Notes under the pieces: generated by a model
Told to the model about the DNA's origin: nothing
Database searches by the model: none
What the model saw: only the letters and a program-made list of their open reading frames with translations
Part shown: piece after piece, positions 1-8,265 of the stretch
Layout: the number at the start of each line of letters is the position of its first letter
Position numbering within the stretch: position 1 is the first letter of the stretch
Translations under genes and position numbers: made by a program
Assembly: GCA_964584335.1 (NCBI GenBank)
Contig: CAZOZN010000001.1
Span: 52,722-115,781, forward strand
Source of the DNA: an uncultured archaeon
GTDB taxonomy: Archaea; Aenigmatarchaeota; Aenigmatarchaeia; PWEA01; JAGHBM01
Length of the DNA: 63,060 bases
Direction of reading: 5' to 3'

Positions 1-139
1 AAAGAATTTATGTCAAACAGTCCTTATTTTGTACCAGATGGTAATAGTGGTTATAAACCAAGTATTAAACTTGAAGAAGATACGAAAGAATTTATGTCAA
101 ACAGTCCTTATTTTGTACCAGATGGTAATAGTGGTTATA
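1..139 (+). repeat. Direct repeat: 55 bp identical, 84-bp period
   Basis: 1-55 is identical to 85-139 (aaagaatttatgtcaaacagtccttattttgtaccagatggtaatagtggttata). Confidence 0.95.
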
Positions 140-144
140 GATAA
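1..144 (+). CDS. 3' end of a gene truncated by the window edge, ending in a 28-aa tandem repeat
   Basis: Frame 1 reads KEFMSNSPYFVPDGNSGYKPSIKLEEDT-KEFMSNSPYFVPDGNSGYR then TAA (142-144). The repeat period of 84 bp is a multiple of 3. Confidence 0.5.
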   Translation, partial: KEFMSNSPYFVPDGNSGYKPSIKLEEDTKEFMSNSPYFVPDGNSGYR

Positions 145-269
145 ATGCTTAACGAGAATACGATTTAAAAGAAAATATAGCTAAGTTAATAAATTTAGAC
201 TTGAGTAAATAATTTCAGATTTTTTAGAAAGTGAACATAATATATTCTTGAGCGGTGCTTTGCAGTGGA

Positions 270-836
270 CTAAGGCATCATTCCAAATTTTTTATTCTTT
301 GCAGTCATTTTAATGAAATAAAGTAATGCTTTTTGATATAATTCATCACTATGTTTTCCTTGACTTTGGATATAAGCTATTCTAATTCTCTTGTAAACTT
401 GTGGAAATCTCTGAAAGTTTTTCCAAGCTTCCTTGTTTGCCTTAATATCCTTTAAAATATCTTGAGGAACAATAACTCTTTTTGGAGCTTTTTCAGGATC
501 AAATGCATGAGCAACAGCCTTCAACCCCACCTTTCTCATTTTTTTCTGTTTAATCAACTTACGAATTCTTTCTTCATTAAGAACAGATAAATTACTTTTT
601 TTTAATCTAGGAGTATATCTCTGAGCGAACTTATTTTCATCAATACTTTTAACCTTGCCATCTATCCAACCATAACAAAGTGCTTCTTCAACAGCATCTG
701 AATAGGGAATTCTTGGTTTGCCAGAAGCTTTTTTGTAATATAAGAGCCAAACTTCCTTTTTCTTTTTATGATTTTTTGAAAGCCAAGAACGCCATTGTTT
801 TCTATTAGTTACATATAGTGTTTTTCCTATATCCAT
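270..836 (-). CDS. YdeI/OmpD-associated family protein
   Basis: WRSWLSKNH, YSDAVEEALCYGWIDG, YTPR motifs and a C-terminal VPQDIL...AWKNF segment, all typical of the family. Confidence 0.85.
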   Translation of the reverse strand: MDIGKTLYVTNRKQWRSWLSKNHKKKKEVWLLYYKKASGKPRIPYSDAVEEALCYGWIDGKVKSIDENKFAQRYTPRLKKSNLSVLNEERIRKLIKQKKMRKVGLKAVAHAFDPEKAPKRVIVPQDILKDIKANKEAWKNFQRFPQVYKRIRIAYIQSQGKHSDELYQKALLYFIKMTAKNKKFGMMP

Positions 837-896
837 ATTTTCTTAAGATGTTATTACCTATATAAAATATCACATAGTGCGATTACCAGAAATAAT

Positions 897-1033
897 TGGT
901 GCGGGAGACGAGGTTCGAACTCGCGAAGCGCCTACGCGCACAGGGCCCTCAACCCTGCCCCTTTGGCCATTGCCGAGGACTTTCTTTATCCAAAAGTGCT
1001 TTTCAAAGAAAAGACCTTCTCGGGCACCCCCGC
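897..1033 (-). tRNA. tRNA-Leu(GAG) with a 47-nt D-loop intron (971-1017, position 16/17)
   Basis: Reverse complement: GCGGGGGTGCCCGAGA-[intron]-ATGGCCAAAGGGGCAGGGTTGAGGGCCCTG, long variable arm, GGCGCTTCGCGAGTTCGAACCTCGTCTCCCGCACCA with encoded CCA. BHB-like junction: CCGA/UCGG helix with GAA and CAA bulges. Confidence 0.95.
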
Positions 1034-1096
1034 ATGTAATCTAATTGGAAAAATATGCTTATAAAACTTTTTAAATTTATTGTCATAAGATATCTT

Positions 1097-1498
1097 ATGA
1101 AAGAAAGAAAGTTTCTTAACGATTGGAAGCTTGCTATAATGTTATCCGTGCTGTCCTGGCTTTTCATATTTTTTGAGGCAGGGATTACCCTGAACATAAT
1201 AAAAGACCTTACTTTTTGGACTCACAACTATTTTGTTTTTGCCTTGATAGTTACTTTTGTTTCTTCATTTTTCTACATGAGAAAACTTATTGATTTTGTT
1301 TGGTATGAGGAAGGTGCGGCTTTCGGAGTGGTTTTTGTTTTGATACATGTTTTTTTGGATTACGTTATTTTGTTTGTGTTAATGAATTCTCCTATATTCA
1401 ACTTGCAAAATATTTTATTATACATATTACAATTCCTGGTTTGTATTCTCGCTTCTTTTGTTGTAAAGAAAAAATATATACAAAGCTTTAGAATTTGA
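1097..1498 (+). CDS. Small polytopic membrane protein (about 4 TM)
   Basis: ORF track; four hydrophobic stretches. Start moved to the internal ATG (MKERK). Confidence 0.7.
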   Translation: MKERKFLNDWKLAIMLSVLSWLFIFFEAGITLNIIKDLTFWTHNYFVFALIVTFVSSFFYMRKLIDFVWYEEGAAFGVVFVLIHVFLDYVILFVLMNSPIFNLQNILLYILQFLVCILASFVVKKKYIQSFRI

Positions 1499-1551
1499 TT
1501 GTTTCAGACGTTTTTAATATTTTTAAACTAAAAAGAGGTAATTTGTTTATT

Positions 1552-2178
1552 ATGGTAATGGAGAACATAGAAAAACTTGTTTCAAGAGAGAAGAAAATTT
1601 TCAAGTTTTTAGTATTTTATGTATTTTTTGCAGTTTTTCTTACAGTATTATTTATTACGACTCAGGTCTGGGTTTTTGTTGAGACTGCAATAATAGTTCT
1701 GGTAATAGAGATATTGATAACTGGAACTATAGACCGTGGAAAACCTCTTCATACAAAAAAGGAAGTTATTGATGAGTTAAGCAATATCAAGGAAATTGAT
1801 GAATACAAGGAGCTCAGGGACGAGTACATGGAGAACAAGGATGATACCATAACGATATCGCTTGTAGTTTATTTTTTGGGTACTGTTGCTCTTCTTTTCT
1901 TTAGGGAGTTCAACAGAGTTCATATGGCACTTTCCATAGTGGGTTTCTTTTTCCTGTATTTTTGTGTTTATCTCTTTTTCCGTTACAAGACAGACAAGGT
2001 AACTATTATACTTCTTGAAAGAAGGAAGATAATAAGGGAAATGAGAAAAGAAAGGAAAAAGTCTTCTTCGAATAAAAATTCAAAAAGGAAAAATACCAAA
2101 AAAAGAAAGAAACCAAAAAAGAAAAAAACAAAAAAGAAGAGTAAATCCAAAAAAAGAAAGAAAACAAAAAAGAAGTGA
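1552..2178 (+). CDS. Membrane protein with a Lys/Arg-rich C-terminal tail
   Basis: About four TM segments, then KKRKKPKKKKTKKK. GAGGT lies upstream of ATG 1552. Confidence 0.75.
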   Translation: MVMENIEKLVSREKKIFKFLVFYVFFAVFLTVLFITTQVWVFVETAIIVLVIEILITGTIDRGKPLHTKKEVIDELSNIKEIDEYKELRDEYMENKDDTITISLVVYFLGTVALLFFREFNRVHMALSIVGFFFLYFCVYLFFRYKTDKVTIILLERRKIIREMRKERKKSSSNKNSKRKNTKKRKKPKKKKTKKKSKSKKRKKTKKK

Positions 2179-3165
2179 TTACCTCAGGTAAATGTTGTAG
2201 CCTCTTCTTCTGTTGTACATAAAATCATCTTCCGTCTCTTCCTTTGATTCGCGTACAAATTCTCTTATCTCCGCTATCTTTGAACTCATCTCGTCAGCAT
2301 AATAAAGTACTATGGCCTCCGGAAACATTGGTTTTTTTGCTGCTCCGTATTCAAGTTTTCCGTGGTGGCTTGCCATCATGTGTAATATCTTTTCCTTTAG
2401 TTTTCCGTCTATTCCCGTCTCGTCTATCTTTTTTTCCACGTAAATACATCCAAGTACTATGTGACCAACCATCTGGCCGATGTTGGTTCCCTTTATTCTT
2501 GATGTTACAATCAATTCTTCTAGTTTTCCTATATCATGCAGAAGGGCTCCCGCGATAAGCAGGTCTTTGTCCATTTCAGGGAAAAGCTTAAGACTTAGCT
2601 TGCAGTATTCCAAAACCTCTAGAGAATGCTGAAGGAGACCGCCGCTCCAGTTGTGATGTATCTCTATGCCTCCGGGATGATTTTTAAATTTTTCCTTTAT
2701 TTCAGGGTCTTCAAAAATGTTCTTCAAAAGTTTTTTTATTTTCTCATTCTTTACTGATAATACCTCGTCAATGAGTTCCGAATACATCTTGTCCAAGTCT
2801 CTTTGAGGAGGCTTTATAAAATCTTTTTCGTCGTATTCGCCCTTCTTCAAAACCTTTATGTCAAGAGGGTCGTTTGACGCCATCTGAAGTTTTCCCTTGT
2901 AGCTTGATACAGTACCTTTTATCAGGACTACTGAGTCTGGTTTTATTGAGTCGTATATTTTCTTTATCTTTTCCTTGTTTTTGTCTCCCCAGTACTTGTA
3001 CTCGAGTGTCCTTCCTGAATTGTCTGAAAGAAGAAGACTGAAGTAAAATCCTTTTGAATAAGGAGATATTCCTCTCTTAATCTTTACCACAAAAATGTCT
3101 TTTATTTTATCTCCTTCACTCAAAGAAGATATAGAACTCTTTTTACTGTATTTCATTTCCCCCAC
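2179..3165 (-). CDS. yhaM: YhaM/Cbf1-like 3'-5' exoribonuclease (OB fold plus HD domain)
   Basis: N-terminal OB fold (LSDNSG, YKGKLQ); HHNWSGGLLQH, LLHDIGK, GHI, SHHG and YYADE motifs. Confidence 0.9.
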   Translation of the reverse strand: MGEMKYSKKSSISSLSEGDKIKDIFVVKIKRGISPYSKGFYFSLLLSDNSGRTLEYKYWGDKNKEKIKKIYDSIKPDSVVLIKGTVSSYKGKLQMASNDPLDIKVLKKGEYDEKDFIKPPQRDLDKMYSELIDEVLSVKNEKIKKLLKNIFEDPEIKEKFKNHPGGIEIHHNWSGGLLQHSLEVLEYCKLSLKLFPEMDKDLLIAGALLHDIGKLEELIVTSRIKGTNIGQMVGHIVLGCIYVEKKIDETGIDGKLKEKILHMMASHHGKLEYGAAKKPMFPEAIVLYYADEMSSKIAEIREFVRESKEETEDDFMYNRRRGYNIYLR

Positions 3166-3213
3166 AACTAATCTTTATTTTAATTATTTATATTGTTTGC
3201 TGACAAATAATCT

Positions 3214-4740
3214 ATGATGGCAACTCCAAAAAAGGTTAATTCGTCTTTTGGCAGAATTATGGTAAAGATTTTTTTTGTTCTGTTAGTTCTACCTTTCTTG
3301 TGGTATTTCAGGCCGTGGTTTCATGATTTTTTCATGTTTTTTTATACGAATCCCCTTGTGCTCGAAGTCATATTAATTTTTTCCTTGATTTATTTTATTT
3401 TATTTAAGAAAAGAAAAGGGGTAAAACTTCTTGATTTTAAGGAAGGAAAGTTTAGTGTTAGAAAAATTAACATCGGGTTCAGTTTGGTTCCGTTATTAAT
3501 TCTCATTTTGATGTTTTCTCCTATGTTTTCGTCTCTGATGCCCCAGCTACATATTGTAGACGAGCTTGACTATAATGAAATAGATAGGTTACCCGAGACG
3601 ACAGAGAATGTTAGATTAATGCCTTATGATGTAGCTTATAGGTACAGCAAGGATTCTCTTCAGTTAAGTCAGTATAAACTTGGTACTGAGAATATTGCCA
3701 ATATTGACGGTTCTATTGCCTGGATGTTTCCCATAGTTCCTGACGGTGCAGTTCTAAAGTTTACTCTGAAAAACAAAGGCACAGTTTTCGTAAATGCAAC
3801 AACTCAGGAAAAGAATTCGAGATCTGTATGGAAGGATTTGAACTTCGGAGAGGGTATGCAGATAATAGATAATTTGAATTGGAACCTGTACAAGGAAAAG
3901 TACATAGTTGACTTGGATGACCCGTATTATATCCCTTATGAGGATGATTTGTATACGGTAGTTCCTGCTATAACATATTCATACCATCATTTTTTCGGTC
4001 TTTTATATACTGTTCCCAGATTCGGAGGAGTTTTTCTTATGGATTCTAGCGGCAACATAGAATTTTTGTCTCCAGAACAAGCTAAAAATAATAACATAAT
4101 AGGAGAGAACAGGCTTTTCCCGGAAAATCTCGCGCGTTACTACATAGAAGCATATGTTTATAACAAAGGTCTTATTAACAAAATATTCATACACGAGGAC
4201 CAGATAGATATAACAGATGTTGGGGGAATAAACAAGCAGCCTTTCTTGATGGACACTTCCGAAGGTCTTAAATGGTTTATAAGCACGGAGCCCTATGGAG
4301 AAAGTCATGGAATATTTAAGATTTTCTTGGTTGATGCGGTTGACGGAAAAATAGAGAAGTACGAACTTCCGATTGAGGAGACATTAACTGGCCCAATAAA
4401 GTCCATGGATTTTGTAAAAAGAGAGAATCCTCTGGTGGACTGGAACACCTTTAGGATGGTAGAGCCACTTCCTTTCGTAGCCGATGATACCCTTTTCTGG
4501 AAAGTTGTGGTAATTCCTTACGATTCAGCTGGAATAGCATACCAGGCTTTCGTTAACAGTAAAACAAACGAGGTATTTAATTTCGAGACAGACAAGGAAA
4601 TACTAAGTTTCATAAATACAGGCAAAATAGAAAATATTAGTGAAACAACCGGTAGAAATGAAACGAAAGAAGATAAAATAACTGAGATAAAGAAAAAACT
4701 GGGTGAAATAGAAAAACTTCTTGAAGAGATAGAAGAATGA
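3214..4740 (+). CDS. Membrane-anchored hypothetical protein (3 N-terminal TM plus a large soluble domain)
   Basis: 508-aa ORF with a hydrophobic N-terminus; no motif recognised. Confidence 0.75.
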   Translation: MMATPKKVNSSFGRIMVKIFFVLLVLPFLWYFRPWFHDFFMFFYTNPLVLEVILIFSLIYFILFKKRKGVKLLDFKEGKFSVRKINIGFSLVPLLILILMFSPMFSSLMPQLHIVDELDYNEIDRLPETTENVRLMPYDVAYRYSKDSLQLSQYKLGTENIANIDGSIAWMFPIVPDGAVLKFTLKNKGTVFVNATTQEKNSRSVWKDLNFGEGMQIIDNLNWNLYKEKYIVDLDDPYYIPYEDDLYTVVPAITYSYHHFFGLLYTVPRFGGVFLMDSSGNIEFLSPEQAKNNNIIGENRLFPENLARYYIEAYVYNKGLINKIFIHEDQIDITDVGGINKQPFLMDTSEGLKWFISTEPYGESHGIFKIFLVDAVDGKIEKYELPIEETLTGPIKSMDFVKRENPLVDWNTFRMVEPLPFVADDTLFWKVVVIPYDSAGIAYQAFVNSKTNEVFNFETDKEILSFINTGKIENISETTGRNETKEDKITEIKKKLGEIEKLLEEIEE

Positions 4741-4741
4741 T

Positions 4742-5845
4742 TTATCTTCTTAATTTGTTTTCCTTAAGTTCTATATTTTTGTATTTTTCCATAATCTTTC
4801 TCATTGTTTTGTGGTCTCTGTTTGACAATAATATTGTTGCCGTTCCTGACTTACCGTTTCTTGCTGTTCTTCCTATACGATGAGTGTAGGATTCTATTTC
4901 GTCGTTCAAGTCATAGTTATAAACGTTTTTTATTTCTTCTACATGCAATCCTCTGGATGCTACGTCCGTTGCTACTAGAACTTCTATTTTTCCGTCTGAG
5001 AAATCTTTCAGTACTTTTTCCCTTGCTGGCTGTGTCATATCTCCGTTTATACATTCTGCTTTTATGCCACTTTTTTTAAGCTTGTATGAGACTGATCTTG
5101 TTTTTCTTTTTGTGTTACAGAAAACAAGCTTCAATCCTTTCTTTTCTTTTTTAAGCAAGTTTATTAGGAGTTTTGTTTTGTTTCTTTCCTTAACGTTATA
5201 GTAATATTGCTTTAATATTCCTCTCTTAAGGACATTTCCTATGATAACTTTCTTTGGGTTCTTAAGGTATTTTCTTCCCAGACTCAATACTCTGGAGTTT
5301 ATTGTGGCGCTGAATAACAGGCTCTGTCTCTTTTTTGGCATAAACTTCATTATTGAGTTTATGTCCTTTATGAAACCCATGTCTAGCATCCTGTCTGCTT
5401 CGTCTATAACGAGGTGGTCGCATTTTGAAAGGTCCAAGGCTTTTCTCCTCAAAAGGTCGAGAAGCCTTCCCGGCGTTCCTACCACTATATCAGAAACTCT
5501 TACTTTTCTTATCTGGTTTTCTATTGAAACTCCACCGTAAACTATTGCAATATTCAATCTTTTCTTTTTTGAGAATTTTATATATTCTCCCGCAACCTGC
5601 TTTGCAAGTTCTCTTGTAGGTGTAATCACCAAAACCCTGACTTTTTCTTCCGGTTCTATATTTTCTATCGTAGGAACGGCAAATCCTATAGTCTTGCCGC
5701 TGCCTGTTTCTGACTGAACAATAACATCCTCATTATTAAAAATAAGAGGAATTACCTTTTTTTGAACTTCTGTAAGTTCTTTTATATCGTTTTTACTCAA
5801 GTCCGATTTTAGCTCATTTCCTATTTCCAAATTTTTAAATTTCAT
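4742..5845 (-). CDS. DEAD-box RNA helicase
   Basis: SETGSGKT, PTRELA, TPGR, DEAD, SAT and HRIGRTAR motifs. Confidence 0.97.
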   Translation of the reverse strand: MKFKNLEIGNELKSDLSKNDIKELTEVQKKVIPLIFNNEDVIVQSETGSGKTIGFAVPTIENIEPEEKVRVLVITPTRELAKQVAGEYIKFSKKKRLNIAIVYGGVSIENQIRKVRVSDIVVGTPGRLLDLLRRKALDLSKCDHLVIDEADRMLDMGFIKDINSIMKFMPKKRQSLLFSATINSRVLSLGRKYLKNPKKVIIGNVLKRGILKQYYYNVKERNKTKLLINLLKKEKKGLKLVFCNTKRKTRSVSYKLKKSGIKAECINGDMTQPAREKVLKDFSDGKIEVLVATDVASRGLHVEEIKNVYNYDLNDEIESYTHRIGRTARNGKSGTATILLSNRDHKTMRKIMEKYKNIELKENKLRR

Positions 5846-6000
5846 ATTTTACTCACTATCCTAACTACGCAAAAAGAACCCGAATCGCTCGAACGAGTTC
5901 ATTTTTTACGAGCAATTTTATATTCTTATAATTATTCTAAGTTAATTAAATAAAAATAAAATGAAAATAATAATGGTACTCAGAAATAATCAATTTTTAA

Positions 6001-6201
6001 TTAATCTTCTAACTTTTCAACTTCTTCAGCTTTTGGTCCTCTATCTCCATCTACTATCTTAAAAGAAACTTTGTCTCCTTCATTTAATCTTGTTTCTTCC
6101 TTTATTCCGTTCTGATGAACAAAGTAGTCTTTTCCGTCTTCTCCTGTTATAAAACCAAAGTGTTTCATTACATTGAAAAACTTTACTGTTCCTTCTGTCA
6201 T
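6001..6201 (-). CDS. csp: Cold-shock domain protein
   Basis: GTVKFFN, HFGFI (RNP1), YFVH (RNP2), GPKA; GGAGGT RBS. Confidence 0.95.
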   Translation of the reverse strand: MTEGTVKFFNVMKHFGFITGEDGKDYFVHQNGIKEETRLNEGDKVSFKIVDGDRGPKAEEVEKLED

Positions 6202-6276
6202 TATTTTTTACCTCCTAATTTTCTTTAATTATTACATATATAAATAACCTAATATTTATCATTAAAATAAGATTAA

Positions 6277-6390
6277 TCATTTTTTTTCAATTATTTTATA
6301 AATTTCGCATTTTTCTTTGTTATCTTTACAGTCCAGAGATTCCCCTGAAGGCAGATATTCCTTGCATAAGCTTCTGTATTTGCATTCCAT
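6277..6390 (-). CDS. Putative 37-aa four-Cys microprotein (not in ORF track)
   Basis: ATG 6390 to TGA 6277: MECKYRSLCKEYLPSGESLDCKDNKEKCEIYKIIEKK. Confidence 0.4.
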   Translation of the reverse strand: MECKYRSLCKEYLPSGESLDCKDNKEKCEIYKIIEKK

Positions 6391-6472
6391 TAAGATTAGA
6401 TTATGTTTTTAACCTATAAAAGCTTTAAAATAGGTTTTAAATATTTTTTTGATTTAATATGTTTTGGTTTAA

Positions 6473-6859
6473 ATGGAATACTCTGAAGATACATGCAAGG
6501 TAATTTTAGATAAAGTACAACAAAAAGGATGGAATATTTACCACACAAACGATAATCTTTCCAGAGAAGAAAACATTAAGAATAATCTTGTTGAGGGCAA
6601 CCTTGAGAAAGATAAGCACTAAACTTTGCTTCCTGCTGTGGATAATCCAAGGGATGAAAGGGAAGTAATGGATGCGCTTGAGAAAGTTGCTGTAAAATTA
6701 GGAAGGGAAATGCCTACAATAGAACTTAATGGTTATAGGGAACCCTTTACTGGTTTTCATCTAAGAGACGACAACGTGAAGCTTCATACAGAAAAAGGAA
6801 CAGTTGTATCCTATAATGATTTCATAATTGCTTTGGATACATACTTTAATGCTAAATAG
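6473..6859 (+). pseudogene. Hypothetical gene interrupted by one in-frame TAA (6620-6622)
   Basis: The ATG 6473 frame (MEYSEDTCK...KDKH*) continues in frame into the 6626-6859 ORF. Confidence 0.55.
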
Positions 6860-6976
6860 TAATTTTTGTATTTCTTTCTAGATTTACTTTTTGCTATTTA
6901 TATCATAAAAAATAGTTTCCCAATCTTTTAAAACCTGAAATCTATGATTTTATGATGGGATTGCTAATTGAAGTGG

Positions 6977-6988
6977 TGGTGCTCCCAC
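6977..6988 (-). repeat. Distal att site (copy of the tRNA-Glu 3' end)
   Basis: TGGTGCTCCCAC is identical to 45365-45376. Confidence 0.8.
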
Positions 6989-7222
6989 CGTGCTTGCTAT
7001 CCCTGATTTGAACTCTAGCTTTATTACAGACCTCATTTCAAATTACAAAAATGTCTGTAAATTATATTTGTAAAAGCTAAAATAAATAATTAACAGTGAA
7101 TTACAAATAGGATATCCCTCATTTATTTCAACGGTAGAACTGAAAATATTGGGACAAATATTATATATTATAATTTTATTAAAATTTACAATAATTTTAA
7201 TTCTTAGAAAGGAGGTAAAATT

Positions 7223-7393
7223 TTGGACCGTAGAAAGAAAAGTTGGGCTGACAGAGTATCTTTTTTTGGTGAAAATGACTTAGTTGATGTTTTTGAAGAC
7301 TCTGGCGGTTCTTTTTTTGAAGGACTTATCGCTGGACGAATCGAAGAAGATGAAGAAGAATTCGAAAAAATTCGTAGGAAATATAGACGATAA
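7223..7393 (+). CDS. 56-aa charged microprotein (not in ORF track)
   Basis: Strong AGGAGGT RBS, TTG 7223 to TAA 7393: MDRRKKSWADRVSFFGENDLVDVFEDSGGSFFEGLIAGRIEEDEEEFEKIRRKYRR. Confidence 0.7.
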   Translation: MDRRKKSWADRVSFFGENDLVDVFEDSGGSFFEGLIAGRIEEDEEEFEKIRRKYRR

Positions 7394-7418
7394 TAGATAA
7401 CCCAACAGTTTTGAGAAT

Positions 7419-8264
7419 ATGGAAACATTAATCACAAGAGATGAAAGATCATCCGGGGCCACACTTAGTATGATAAGATTCGAAAAAGTCGCTTTAGAAC
7501 GGGGAGTAGAATATTACAGTTCAACAATGTCTTGGGGTAGTGGCCCTATTAAAGAAATTCGTTTAATACATGGAGATCGACTAGCTTATTGGAAATCCCT
7601 AGGAAGTAGAGGTACTTTTGAGGGTAGAGAAGAATATATCGAAGTTAGAAAAGTTCCTCATGAGGAAATAAAATCAAGTTTTAGAGAGAGTATACTTTCC
7701 ACAATAAGAAATAGAGGAGATATTGATATTAATGCTGTTCAAAAAATTTATTCTAATCAAGAAATTCGCCAACATTTCCCCCAATTATCCCGCTCATTAC
7801 CATCCCCTCAAGTTGAAATGATGAAAAATTCGAATAGACAATTAATAAAATCTCTTGGATCTGGTTTTTATGCAACTGATATTCTATCTGCAATGGCTCA
7901 TTTCAATAAAGCAAAAACATCTGGAAGATACATTCTTCCAATGATGAAACCCCCACATAAAATGGTAATAAAGGCCTATATTAGCCTTGCAGAAGGACTT
8001 GTCCTTTTATGCCAAGGGTTAATAGAAAACGAAAAAATATTTTTCGAAGAATCAATGCATAAAATGGATGAATCTCTTGATATTATTCCCGCAGTTAACT
8101 ATCCACTAAAATTGTTTTTAAGGGCAATGTTAACAGAAGATAAAAATTATCGCAGAAGGAAACTAGATGACGCACGTAGAATATCCTCAGAAATGATATC
8201 AAAAAATGTTACGGACCTTGAACGAGATTTAACCAAATTCTTTCTTAAATACGTTGGAGATTGA
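7419..8264 (+). CDS. Hypothetical protein with a helical (TPR-like) C-terminal half
   Basis: 281-aa ORF whose stop abuts the ATPase start. Confidence 0.75.
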   Translation: METLITRDERSSGATLSMIRFEKVALERGVEYYSSTMSWGSGPIKEIRLIHGDRLAYWKSLGSRGTFEGREEYIEVRKVPHEEIKSSFRESILSTIRNRGDIDINAVQKIYSNQEIRQHFPQLSRSLPSPQVEMMKNSNRQLIKSLGSGFYATDILSAMAHFNKAKTSGRYILPMMKPPHKMVIKAYISLAEGLVLLCQGLIENEKIFFEESMHKMDESLDIIPAVNYPLKLFLRAMLTEDKNYRRRKLDDARRISSEMISKNVTDLERDLTKFFLKYVGD

Positions 8265-8265
8265 A

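Noticed and set aside
1-139. Possible CRISPR array end
   Set aside because: The repeat is at least 55 bp, only two copies are visible, the period is a multiple of 3 in an open frame, and no cas genes are present.
897-1033. tRNA-Leu as an integration site
   Set aside because: I found no duplicate of its 3' end and no integrase next to it.
1003-1197. 64-aa ORF in the track
   Set aside because: Overlaps tRNA-Leu and lies antisense to a better membrane-protein ORF.
2040-2178. A-rich low-complexity tract
   Set aside because: Explained by a Lys-rich protein tail.
5870-5907. Imperfect hairpin between csp and the DEAD-box gene as a thermosensor or riboswitch
   Set aside because: Short and imperfect; cannot be distinguished from chance or a terminator.
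7204-7462. Minus-strand 74-aa and 60-aa ORFs
   Set aside because: Shadows of the RBS-supported plus-strand genes at 7223 and 7419.
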